Source: the human T2T-CHM13v2.0 reference genome, Homo sapiens
Assembly: GCF_009914755.1 (NCBI RefSeq)
Contig: NC_060927.1
Strand: one strand, 5' to 3'
Length of the DNA stretch: 64,000 nt
The notes under the pieces are model-generated. The model was given only the letters and a program-made list of their open reading frames with translations, did no database searches and was not told the origin of the DNA. Shown one piece after another: positions 53,180 through 64,000 of this stretch. How positions within the stretch are numbered: the first letter of the stretch is position 1; each line of letters starts with the position of its first letter. Both the position numbers and the translations under genes were made by a program.

Positions 53180-56100
53180 AATTTTTTTGTTGTATTTATT
53201 TATTAGGTTTAGTGGGTACATGTGCAAGTTTGTTACATGAGTAAATTGTGTGTTACTGGGGTTTGGTTTACAAATGATTTTATCACCCAGGTAGTGAGCA
53301 TATTACACAATGACTAGTTTTTTGTCCCTCATCCTCTTTCCACCCTCCCCAATCAATAAGGCCTTGGTGTTTATTGTTCTCATCTTTGTGTTTATTTGTA
53401 CCCAATGTTTAGCTTCCCACTTACAAGTGAAAACATGTGGTATATGGTTTTCTGTTCCTGAATTTATTCACCCAGGAAAATGGACTCCAAATGCATCCAT
53501 GCTGCTGCAAAGGGCATGATTTCATTTCTTTTTATGGCTGCCGAGTATTCCATGGTGTATATGTGCCTCACTTTCTTTATCCAGTCCATTGTTGATAGGC
53601 ATCTAGGCTGATTTTACCTCTTCACAATTGTGAATAGTGCTGCAATGAACATATGCATACATGCATCTTTTTTGTAGCGCAGTGTGTACTCCTTTAGTTA
53701 CATACTGAGTAATGGAATGGCTGGGTTGATATTAATTACATTTTAAGTTATTTCAGAAATCTCCACACTGCTTTGTACAGTAGCTGAATTAATTTATATT
53801 CCCATCAACAGCGTGTAAGTATTCCCTTTTCTCCACAACCTTACCAACATCTGTTATTTTAAACTTTTTAACAACAGCCATTTGAACTGGTGTGAGAAAG
53901 CATCTAATTGTGGTTTTGATTAGCATTTGTCTCATGACTAGTGATGTTGAGCATTTTTTCATATGCTTGTTTGTCTCTTTTATGTCTTCTTTGGAGAAGT
54001 GTGTGCTCATGTCTCTGCCTGTGTCTGAATGGGGGTATTTTTTGTTTTCTGCTTTTCAATTTAAGTTTCTCATGCATTCTGGGTATTAGTCTTTTATCAG
54101 ATGCATAGTTTGCAAATGTTTTCTCTCATTCTGTAGGTTGTTTGCTTACTCTGTTGGTAGTTTCTTTTGCTGTGCAGAAGCTCTTTAGTATTATTAGGTC
54201 CTATTTGTCTATTTATCGTTTTTTGTTACAATTGTTTTTGAAGGCTTCATCATGAAATATTTTCCAAGACCTGTGAAATTTCCTATGTTGTCTAGAGTTT
54301 TTATAGTTTTAGGTCTTACATTTAAATATTTGATCCATTGTGACTTAATTTTGGTGTATGGTGAAAGGATGAGGTCTAGTTTCAATCTTCTGCTTATGGC
54401 TGGTCATTTATCCCAGCACCATTTATTAGATGGGGGTAATTTCCCCATTGCTACTTATTGTTATATTTGCCTAAGATCAGGTAGTTATAAGTGTGTAGCT
54501 ATATTTCTTTATTCTGTATTTTATACCATTGGTCTACATGTCTGTTTTTGTACCTGTATAATTCTGTTTTGATTACTATAGTCTTATAGTATAGTTTGAA
54601 GTTGAGTAGTGTCATGCCTCTCTTTTTGTTCTTTTTGCTAAGGATTGTTTTGGCTATTTGGGCTCATTTTTTATTCCATGTTAATTTTAGAATTATTTTT
54701 TCTAATTCTATTGAAACTGATGTTGGCAGTTTGATAGAAATAATGTTGAAGCTTTATTAGATTTAGGCAGTATGAGCATTTTAACAATATTAATTCTTCC
54801 TATTCTTGAGCATGGAACATTTTCCATTTGTTTGTGTTGTCTCTTTCAGCTGCATTTTGTAATTCTAGACGTAGAGTTCTTTCGCCTCCCTGATTAGATG
54901 TATTCCTTGGTATTTTTTTGTTTTGTTTCATTTTATTTGTGGCTACTGTGAATAATACGGCGTTTTTGTCTTGGCTGTCAGATGGACCTTATTGCTGTAT
55001 AGAAATGCTGCTATTTTTTGTACATTGATTTTGTATCTTGTAGCTTTACTGAAGTTATTTATCAGTTCTAGAAGCCTGTGAGCTGAGACTATAGAGTTTT
55101 CTAAATATAGAATTACATCCTCTTCAAAGAGAGATAGTTTAACTTCCTTGCCTCACATTTGATTGTTTTGAAATTTATTTCTCTTGCCTAAATGTTTTGC
55201 CTAGGACTTCCAGTACTATGTTGAGTAGGCGTGGTGAGAGTGGGCATCCTCATCTTGTTCCACTTGTCAAGGGGAATGCTTACAGCTTTTCGCTGTTTAG
55301 TATGGTACTAGCTGTGGGTTTGACATGGATAGTTCTTATTGTTTTGAGGTGTGTTCTTTTGATGCCTAGTTTATTGAAAGTTTTTAACAGGAAGATATAT
55401 TGAATTTTATCAAAAGCCTTTTTTCTCTATTGATTGAGGTGATCACGTGGTTTTTGTTTTTAGTTCTGTTTATGTGATGAAACAAATTTGTTTATTTGTG
55501 TATTTGAATTGACCTTGCATCCCAGGAATAAATCCTACTTGACCATGTTGGATTAGGTTTTAATGTTTTGCTGGATTCAGCTTGCTAGTATTCTGTTGAG
55601 GATTTTTGTATCTATTTTCATCAGGGATATTGGCCTGAAGAGTTTTGTTGTTGTTGTGTCTTTGCCAGGTTTAGGTATCAGAATGATAGTGACCTCCTAG
55701 AATGAGTCAGGGAGGAGTCTCTCATCCTCCATTTTTTTGAAATAATTTTAGTAGGATAGGGACCAGTTCTTATTTGTACTTCAGATGGAATTTAGCAGTG
55801 ACTTGTCTGCTCCAGGTCTTTTCTGATTGGTAGTTTTTTGTTTTCTTTTAGTTTTTTTTTTATTGATTCAATTATAGAACTAATTATCAGTCTGTTGAGG
55901 ATTTCAATTTCTTCAAGTTCAATATTGGGATGCTGTATGTTTCCAGGAATTTATCCATTTCCTCTAGGTTTTCAAGTTTGTGTGCATAGAGGTGACACAA
56001 AGAAATGGAAAAACATTCTATGCTCATGGATAGGAAGGATTAATATTGCTAAAATGGCCATACTGCCCAAAGCAATAACAGATTTGATGCTATTCCTATC

Positions 56101-58960
56101 AAATTACCAACATCTGTTTTCACAGAATTGGAAACGCTCAAAATAGTCTCTGAGGGTTTTTAATATTTCTGTAAGGTCAGTGGTAATGTCACCTTTGCCA
56201 TTTCTGATTGTGTTTATTTGGATCTTCTCTCTCTTTTTATTAATCTAGCTAGTGGTCTGTCAATCTTACTGTTTTCAATGACCAACTTTTGGTTTTGTTG
56301 ATCTTTTGTATGGATTTTTGTTTAATTCCATTCAGTTAAGTTCAGTTCCTATTTTGGTTAATTCTTTTCTTCTGCTAGCTTCAATAATGGTTTGCTTTTG
56401 TTTCTCGTGTTCCTCTAGGTGTGATGGTAGGTTGTTAATTTGAGATCTTTCTAACTTCTTGATGTAGTGAGTTAGCACTATAAACTTTTCTCTTAACACT
56501 GCTTTAGCTATGTCCAAAATAGTCTCTGTATTGAATCTTTGTTTTCATTAGTTTCGAGTAATTTTTCACTTCTGTCTTAATTTTATTATGTACCCAGTAA
56601 TTCAGGAGCAGCTTGTTTAATTTCCATGTAATTGTGTCGTTTTGAGAGCTCTTTTTGGTAGTTATTTCCATTTTTACTGCACTGTGTTCCAAGAGTATGG
56701 TTTGTATGAGCTATGTTTTTGTTGTTGTTGTTGAGAATTGCTTTCTATACCAGCATGTGCTTGATCTTAGAGTATGTGCTTTGAGATTAGGAGACTGTAT
56801 ATTCTGCTGTTTTGGGGTGGAGTATTCTGCAGATGTTTTTTAGGTTAATTTGGCCAAGAGTTAAGTTTAGGTCCCTAATATGTTTGTTAATTTTCTGCCT
56901 AAATGATCTGTTTAACACTGTCAGTGGTGTGTTGAAGTCTCCTGCTATTATTGTGAGGTTATCAAAGTCTCTTCACAGGTCTCAAAACTTGTTCTATGAA
57001 TATGGGTGCTCCAATGTTGGGTGCACATATATTGAGGATAGTTAACTGCTCTTGTTGAATTGAACCTCTTATCGTTATGTAATGTTCTTCATTGTTCTTT
57101 TTTATCATTCTTGGTTTAAAGTCTGTTTTGTCTGAAATAAGAATAGCAACCTTGCTCTTTTTTGTTTTCCACTTACTTGATAGACATTTCACCATCCCTT
57201 TACTTTGAGCCTGTGGGTGTCATTGCACGTGATATGGGTCTCTTGAAGATAACATCAAGTTGGGTCTTGCTTCTTTATCCAACATGTCAGTTTCTGACTT
57301 TATGTGGGGCATTTAGCCCACTTACATTCAAGCTCAATATTGATATGTGAGAATTTGAACCTGTCATTGTGTTGTTATCTGGTTGTTATGTAGACTTTAT
57401 AATATAGTCATTTTATAGTTTTAGTGGGTTATCTACGTATTTGTGTTTTTGTGGTGGCAGTTATCAGTCTTCCATTTCCATTTTTTGCAGTCCCTAAAGG
57501 ATTTCTTTTAAAGCAGTTCTTGTGGTAACAAATTTCCTTAGCATTTGGTCATCTGAAAAGTACTTTATTTTTTCTTCATTTATGAGGCTTCAATTTAACT
57601 AGACATGAAATTATTGGTTGGAATTTCTTTTCTTTAAAGATGCTGTGTATAGGCCCCCAACCTACTCCGGCTTGTCGGGTTTCTGTTGAAAGGTCCACTA
57701 TTAGCCTGATCGGGTTCCCTTTGTAGGTGGCCTGCCCTCTGTCTCTAGCTGCCTTTAAGATTTCTTTTTTGTTTCACATTGACCTTAGAGAATTTGATGA
57801 CTATGTGTGTTGGGAATGATAATATTGCACAGTATTTCACAGGGGTTGTCTGAATTTCCTAAATTTGCATGTCAACCTCTCTAGCTAGGTAGGAGTAATT
57901 TTCATGGGCAATATTCTCAAATATGTTTTCCAAGTTGCTTGCTGTCTCTCCATCTCTTTCGGGAATGCCAATGAGTTATAGGTTTGGTCTCTTTCCACAA
58001 TCCCATGTTTCTCAGTGATTTCACCCATGTTTTAGAATTATTTTTTTCTTTATTTTTGTTTGCCTGTGCTGATAGAAAGGAGTGGTCTTTGAGCTCTAAG
58101 AGTCATTTGTCACCTTGGTTTGTTCTGCTATTAATGCTTTCAATAGCATTATGAGATTCCTGTAGTAAATTTTTCATTTCCAGAAGTTCAGTTTGATTCT
58201 TTCTTAAGATGGATATGTCATCTTTAAAGTCTTGGATCATTTTATTGATTTCTTTGGATTGGGTTTCAACCTTTTCAGCCATTTCAATCTGGGAGCCATT
58301 GCTGTGGAGCTAGTATAGTCGCTTGTAGGTAAGAAGACACTCTGGCTTTTAGAGTTGACAGAATTCTTGCTCTGGTTCTTTTTCATCTGTGTGGGCTGAT
58401 GTTCCTTTAATCTTTGAAGTTGCTGTCTTTTGGATTGGGCTTTTTGCTTTTATGTTCTTCAATGCCCTCGAGGATTTGACTGTGGTTTAAGTTGGGTTTA
58501 ATCAGTTGGTTTCATTTCTGAATGCTTTTAGGGGGTTAACACTCAGAGCAGCACTCTTGGGCTGTGTGCTCTGGCCCTAAGGGACTAAAACCAGTTTTGT
58601 GGTTTTGTTCTCTGGCCCATGAGGACAAGCATCTACTGTGCTGGAGGAGCCAAGTTGTTACTGGTCTACAGGAAACATTCCAATGGGGAATGCCAGAAAA
58701 AGCACTGCAGCATGGTGACGGGGAGCTGAGAGAGAGTATGCTGCACTGGGGAGTCTATAGGTGAGTGCACACCAGTGGGGCAGCAGGGAGGCCATGAATA
58801 GTGCACACCAGTTGGCCAGTGGGGGTTGCCATAGGTGAGTGCACACCAATGGGGCAGTGATGGAGCAGCAGAAGAGTACACACCAATGGGGAAGGGGAGC
58901 CATGGGTGCATGTGCACCACTGGGGAAATGAGGGTTTCTGCATATGTGCACACTAGATGT
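53180..58960 (-). mobile_element. Near full-length L1PA15/16-like LINE (3' UTR, ORF2, ORF1, part of 5' UTR), decayed
   Basis: GGGTACATGTGCAAGTTTGTTACATG 3' end; ORF2 peptides in the minus-strand ORF track ([32 protein letters not shown]). Confidence 0.9.
58735..58955. repeat. Degenerate GC-rich minisatellite (core GAGTGCACACCAGTGGGG) in the L1 5' UTR
   Basis: About 6-7 copies at ~30-40 bp spacing. Confidence 0.8.
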
Positions 58961-58974
58961 AGTATTAAAATTGT

Positions 58975-59300
58975 CATTGGGCAAAGAAAATGAATAATCA
59001 CTTTTCAAAAGAAGATACACAACTGACCAACAAACATGAAAAAAATGCTTATCATCACTAATCATCAGAGAAATGCAAATCTAAGCCACAATAATATAGT
59101 ACCTCACAAAAGTCAGAATGGCTAATATTAAAGTCTGAAACAATAGATGCTGGTAAGGCTGCAGAGAAAGAAAATAGTTGCATAGTTGGTTGGAATGTAA
59201 ATTAGGTCAGCCACTGTGGAAAGCAGTGATTTTCTTAAAGAATTTAAAACAGAACTTCCATTCCACCCTACAATCCCATTACTGGGTATATATCCCACTA
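58975..59300 (+). mobile_element. L1PA ORF2 3' fragment
   Basis: CATCACTAATCATCAGAGAAATGCAAAT...CAATCCCATTACTGGGTATATA. Confidence 0.8.
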
Positions 59301-59389
59301 AAATTAAAAGTTGAAATTATTAAATAAACAAGTAAAATTGTATAATTTTCTTGTTATATAGCTGTAATAAGTTAGTATCTTGTTTACTT

Positions 59390-59940
59390 CTCTTTTTTTT
59401 TTTTTTTTTTTTTTGACTTTTAAGTTGAGAGGATACAGGTTTAGTTTGGTTGCATGGGTAAATTGCACGTTGCTGAGGTTTGACATATGATCCTATCACC
59501 CAGTGAGCATAATACCGATAGGTGGTTTTTCGATGCATACACGTCCCCTGCCTTCTACCCTCTAGTAGTCCCTGGTATCTATTTTTCCCATTGTTAAGTC
59601 CATGTTTAGCCAATGTTTAGTTTTTCCTTATAAATAACATTTGATATTTGATTTTCTATTTCTGCGTTAATTTGCTTAGGATAAATATCTAGCCGTATCC
59701 ATGTTGCTGAAAAGAACATGATGTTGTTCTTTTTTATGGGTGTGTAGCATTCTGTGTCATATATATACCACATTACCTTTTTCCAGTCTACTTTTGATGG
59801 GCATCTAGATTTATTTCACATCTTTGCTATTGTGAATAATGCTGTGATGAACATATGAATGCATATGTATTTTTGTTTTAAGTTCTTTGAGAAATTTCCA
59901 TACTGCTTTCTACAGTGGATGAACTAATTTAAATTCCCAC
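59390..59940 (-). mobile_element. L1PA16-like 3' end with poly(T)
   Basis: CATGGGTAAATTGCACGTTGCTGAGGTTTG...CTCTAGTAGTCCC. Confidence 0.8.
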
Positions 59941-60934
59941 ATGACTTTCTCACAATATGTTGATTCATTCATCTTTTGGTGAGCTTTTTGGATTATTTCC
60001 AGTTTTTAAGCTACTTTATATAAATCTTTCATAAAACACTGTGCACATGTCTTTGTGCGAATGTATGTTTTTATTTGCCTTGGAGAAATACCTAGAAATA
60101 TTATTTTAGGCACTCAACTACTGATATAGATTTCACTGAATCAAGTTCTTATGCAGACACATTCTAATTGGCACAATTAGGACTTGAATGCTACTGGATA
60201 CATAAAGTAAAATATGCTACCTTAGAGCTAGATAATTTCTCATTGTCAGCAAGGATGAGGCTTGTAGACTTCAAATATTTGTTATAATAAAGGAGACAAG
60301 GGAGCCAAATCTAGTTAAATCTTGGTAGAAAGATAAATTTTTTTACCCAGACAAGTGCTATCATTTTTTTAAAAAAATGTGATTATATTTTTATTTTAAG
60401 GAAACTTTTAATTGTTCCTGTTGGTATATAAGATACATTTCTCAATTAATGTTCTGATAGTGATAATTAAAAGAGTAAAGTTTTTAATACAGATTTAGAA
60501 TATATGAAACCTATGGATAAATCTGTGACACAAGCACAAGTCATAGTATGTTTTAGTTACATTTTTCAGCCCATTATCAATTTAATTTTAATGCAGAATG
60601 CAAATAAACAGTCTTGTTTCTGTATATACTGCACTTGCTATTGTTGATTCTGTGACATGTGGTTTTATGTGTTATTAATATCATGGAATTCAACAACACC
60701 AATTGTTTTATTTATGTAAATTTGCCTTTATTTAGGTTTCACATGTTTTTAAAATGTCCCCAACCTTTTGTACTTAGACTTTTAAAATGAGTGAGCTAAT
60801 AATTTGACCACTTTGACAGTTACTTTAGTTTATTTTATCTGTATGGCCAGATACCAACAAAATAGTGGTCATTATCCTACAGAAGGCAATATGGGGTTTA
60901 ATATAACCTGTAAATAATTTTCATTTTTAAAAAA

Positions 60935-61998
60935 ATGCCTATATCTAAAATATACCAAGAACTTTTTAAAACTCAACAAAAATAATACAACAACTTAATT
61001 GAAAAATAGGCCCAAGACCTTAACAACACCTAACCAAAGAAGATATAGAGAGGGCAAATACCATATTAAAAGATAATCCACATCATATATAATGAGGAAA
61101 ATACAAATTAAAACAACAATAAGTTACCACCACACACTTATTTAGGATGGCCAACATCCAGAACAATGACAACACTAAATGCTGATGAGCATTTGGAGTA
61201 GCAGAAATTCTTATTCATTGGTGGTGGGAATGTAAAACAGTACAGCTACATTGGAATGCAGTTGGGTGTGTTTCTTACAAAACTAAACATACTCTTATCA
61301 TATGATCCAGGAATTGCAGTACTTGGTATTGATGCAAGGAATTGAAAACATGTCTACACAAAAATCTGCACACAAATGATTATAGCAGCTTTATTCATAC
61401 TCAGAAAAACTTGGAAGAACTAAGATATCCTTCAGTATGTAAATGGATAAGCTGTTTTATGATATCTAGACGGTGGAATGTTATTCAGTGCTAAAAATTA
61501 ATGAGCTATCAAACCACGAAAAGACATGAAGAAAACTTAAATTAATGTTAAGTGAAAAAGCCACATACTGTTTAATTCCAACTATATGACATTCTTAAAA
61601 AGGCAAAACTGTGGAGACAAAAAAAAGATCAGTGGTTGTCAGGGGTTAGGGTAAAAGAGGTATACATAAATAGAGCAGAAAGTATGTTTTGGGCAGTGAA
61701 ATTACTCTATATGATATTATACTGGTAGATTCATGTCATTATACATTTGTCCAAACACACAGAATCTACAACACCAAAAATGAACTCATGTAAACTATGG
61801 ACTTTGGGTGATAGTGATGTGTCAATGTAGGATCATCAGTTGTAACAAATGTACCACTATGGTAGGACATGTTTATAAGAGGAGAAGCCATGCATATGTG
61901 GGGGGAAGAGGGAATAAGGGGAATCTCTGTACATCCCTCTCAATTTGTTCATGAACCTGAAACTTCTCTTAAAAAATAAAGTTTATTTTTTTAAAAAA
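60935..61998 (+). mobile_element. L1MC1-like 3' region
   Basis: ATGAGCTATCAAACCACGAAAAGACATG...CATTATACATTTGTCCAAAC...TAAACTATGGACTTTGGGTGAT. Confidence 0.88.
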
Positions 61999-62639
61999 GC
62001 TTCAAAGGAAAATATTTATTACTTAAATAGTTATTTTATAAGTTATGCTGGAATAAGATAATGGGTTTGCTTTTTCATTGTGAGAAGGATTTTTCAATAT
62101 ATGTTAATATTATGAAAGGGATTTTGTTCAGAGTGCTATACAAAATAGTTCTGGCAGGGCAAGGCACATATTAGACATTCATTTATTTCATCTATTCCAA
62201 CTCCTGAAAAGAATGTAACAGAACAGTTACAAAATGTAGTTTCAGCCAATTCCTTCAGTTTATGCAATAAAAATCATACAGATTAAGAGCACACCTGAAA
62301 TAGTTGTTATATGTACTCTATCTCGTCATTGTTCCAGTGACCTGATGAGTTCTGTCTTAGAGCATATCAATTCAGTGTCTACATATTAAGAGTTTATGAG
62401 GAGATGCCAATTTTGTTAAAGCAGCTTTATAAGACATGATGTAAGATTTGTCACCATTAAAAAAGTGATAACCAAAGAAATAAATGAGTATAAAATTCTT
62501 GAACTCAACATTCATTCTCCTGACCTGATTGCCAAGATATATATATATAACTTGCCAGTTAGCTATTTTTCCTAATTCCCATCATATCTATTTATTCCAT
62601 TTGTTTACTTACATATTCATCATTAATTAATTTATAAAA

Positions 62640-63450
62640 ATTAATTATTAAAAAGAAGAAAAACCTGGCTGGTACAACATATAGGCCAAGAAAGAGAAGA
62701 AAATGTGAAAAAACTTGAAAATGTAAATTAATAAAAAGATGAGTTCAATACAGCTATGACAAAGAGAAGCTGAAAATATAACAAGAAAACATAAAGACGT
62801 ATACTACTAAGTTAAGAAAATAAAATGAAGACAAATAAAGCATTATTAGAGATACTAAAAAATTAATTGAAAATCAGAAAAGGAACATTGAACTTACTGA
62901 AGTAGAAGAAAAGGTTGAGAAGATTATAGTGTGTGAAATAAAAAAAGAAAAAGTTTAAAGCATTTAGGAAGACAATAATAGATATGTAATGAATAAAGAC
63001 CTTCCAAAACATGGAAAACATTTATTCCTGTGAAAGAAACCAGCAAATTGGACAGTGCATTAAAATATAATTTTTAAAACTTTGGAAATAGTTTCAAAGG
63101 GCCCGTATATTCCAGATAAAATTATTCCAGAATAATGTATACTAAGCCACTTGCTTATGATTGAATTTTAATAAAAGTTCATTTCTAGCCATCCAGAAAT
63201 AAGGAAACAAACCGTTTAGAGTCAGTAAAAGACAGAAACAAGTCACTTCTCCTCATGGACATTAAACATTAAAATCAACATTAAAAATCACAACAAAGTA
63301 TAGCGAGGTAGGCAAAATTATCAATGAAGTGAAGTGTGAACTAAGCATATTAAACACCCCAAATTTTTGTTCCTTTTTAAAGGCAGTGGACAAACATTAG
63401 AAAACATCTAAGAATTTGAGGCAGCAGCACCTCTGAGTTCATTTTGAAAA
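62640..63450 (+). mobile_element. HAL1/ancient L1 ORF1-like relic
   Basis: A-rich, ORF1-like motifs, heavily decayed. Confidence 0.4.
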
Positions 63451-63619
63451 ATATCAATTGCAAAATCACATATACACACAAACACATACATACACATAAA
63501 TAAAATGCAAAACAAATCAGCTTCATTATTTTTCTATTGAAACTGACACAATTTCTAGCACAATTTTAGACTCCATTTAAGCTCTACTCTCTTTCTCCTC
63601 AATCTATCCCTAACCTCTT

Positions 63620-63998
63620 TTCTGTTTTTTTTCTGTGAGAGGGTCTCATTCTGTTGCTTAATCAGAGCTCTCTGCTTCCTCAAATTCCTGGGCTCAAGTT
63701 ATTCTCCTGCCTCAATCTTTCAAGTAGCTGCAACTACAGGCATACTCCACTATGCCCGACTACGTTTTTTGGTGTTTGTTTGTTTGTTTGTTTCTGTTTA
63801 GTAGAGATGTGGTCTTGCTATGTGGCCCAGGCTGGTCTCTAACTCTGGGCTCAAGCGATCTTCCAGGCTCAGGAGGCCGAATTAGAGACCAGCCTGGACA
63901 ACATAGCAAGACCTCCCTGGAAAACATAGCGAGACCTCATGTCTTCTAAACTCCTGCTGGGATTACAGGAGCGAGGTGGGATTACAACTCCTCCTGGC
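63620..63998 (-). mobile_element. AluJ, rearranged (internal inverted self-copy)
   Basis: CCTGGGCTCAAG...GGTCTTGCTATGTGGCCCAGGCTGGTCT. Confidence 0.85.
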
Positions 63999-64000
63999 AT

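Noticed and set aside
53789-57350. ORFs with L1 ORF2-like peptides
   Set aside because: Short pieces of a frameshifted, inactive L1
58735-58955. Repeat-spacer-like array resembling CRISPR
   Set aside because: Degenerate tandem units within a primate L1 5' UTR; no cas genes; eukaryotic context

Overview
Primate (human-like, from Alu, L1PA, THE1 and MST content) AT-rich, CpG-poor genomic DNA, either a gene desert or the interior of a very large intron. Much of the window is interspersed repeat: ERV1 LTRs (MER57, MER4, MER50), MaLR/ERVL elements (THE1, MST, MLT1, LTR16/33), many L1 fragments, about 12 Alus, MIR/L2 relics and microsatellites. No protein-coding gene is supported; the ORF-track entries are repeat-derived or chance frames. 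The most notable signal is a set of locally templated rearrangements: (1) a 230-bp inverted duplication with no mismatch found by eye, inside an ancient L1 (25482-25711 / 25995-26224); (2) an older inverted L1 ORF2 copy inside an L1PA (~55995-56134); (3) an inverted, stuttered self-copy inside an AluJ (~63865-63990); (4) a 73-bp tandem duplication with a stuttered junction (37003-37182). A CpG-retaining unique patch with a candidate 30-nt microexon (35515-35544) is also flagged. Repeat subfamily names come from recalled consensus sequences, not a database search, and many boundaries are approximate.
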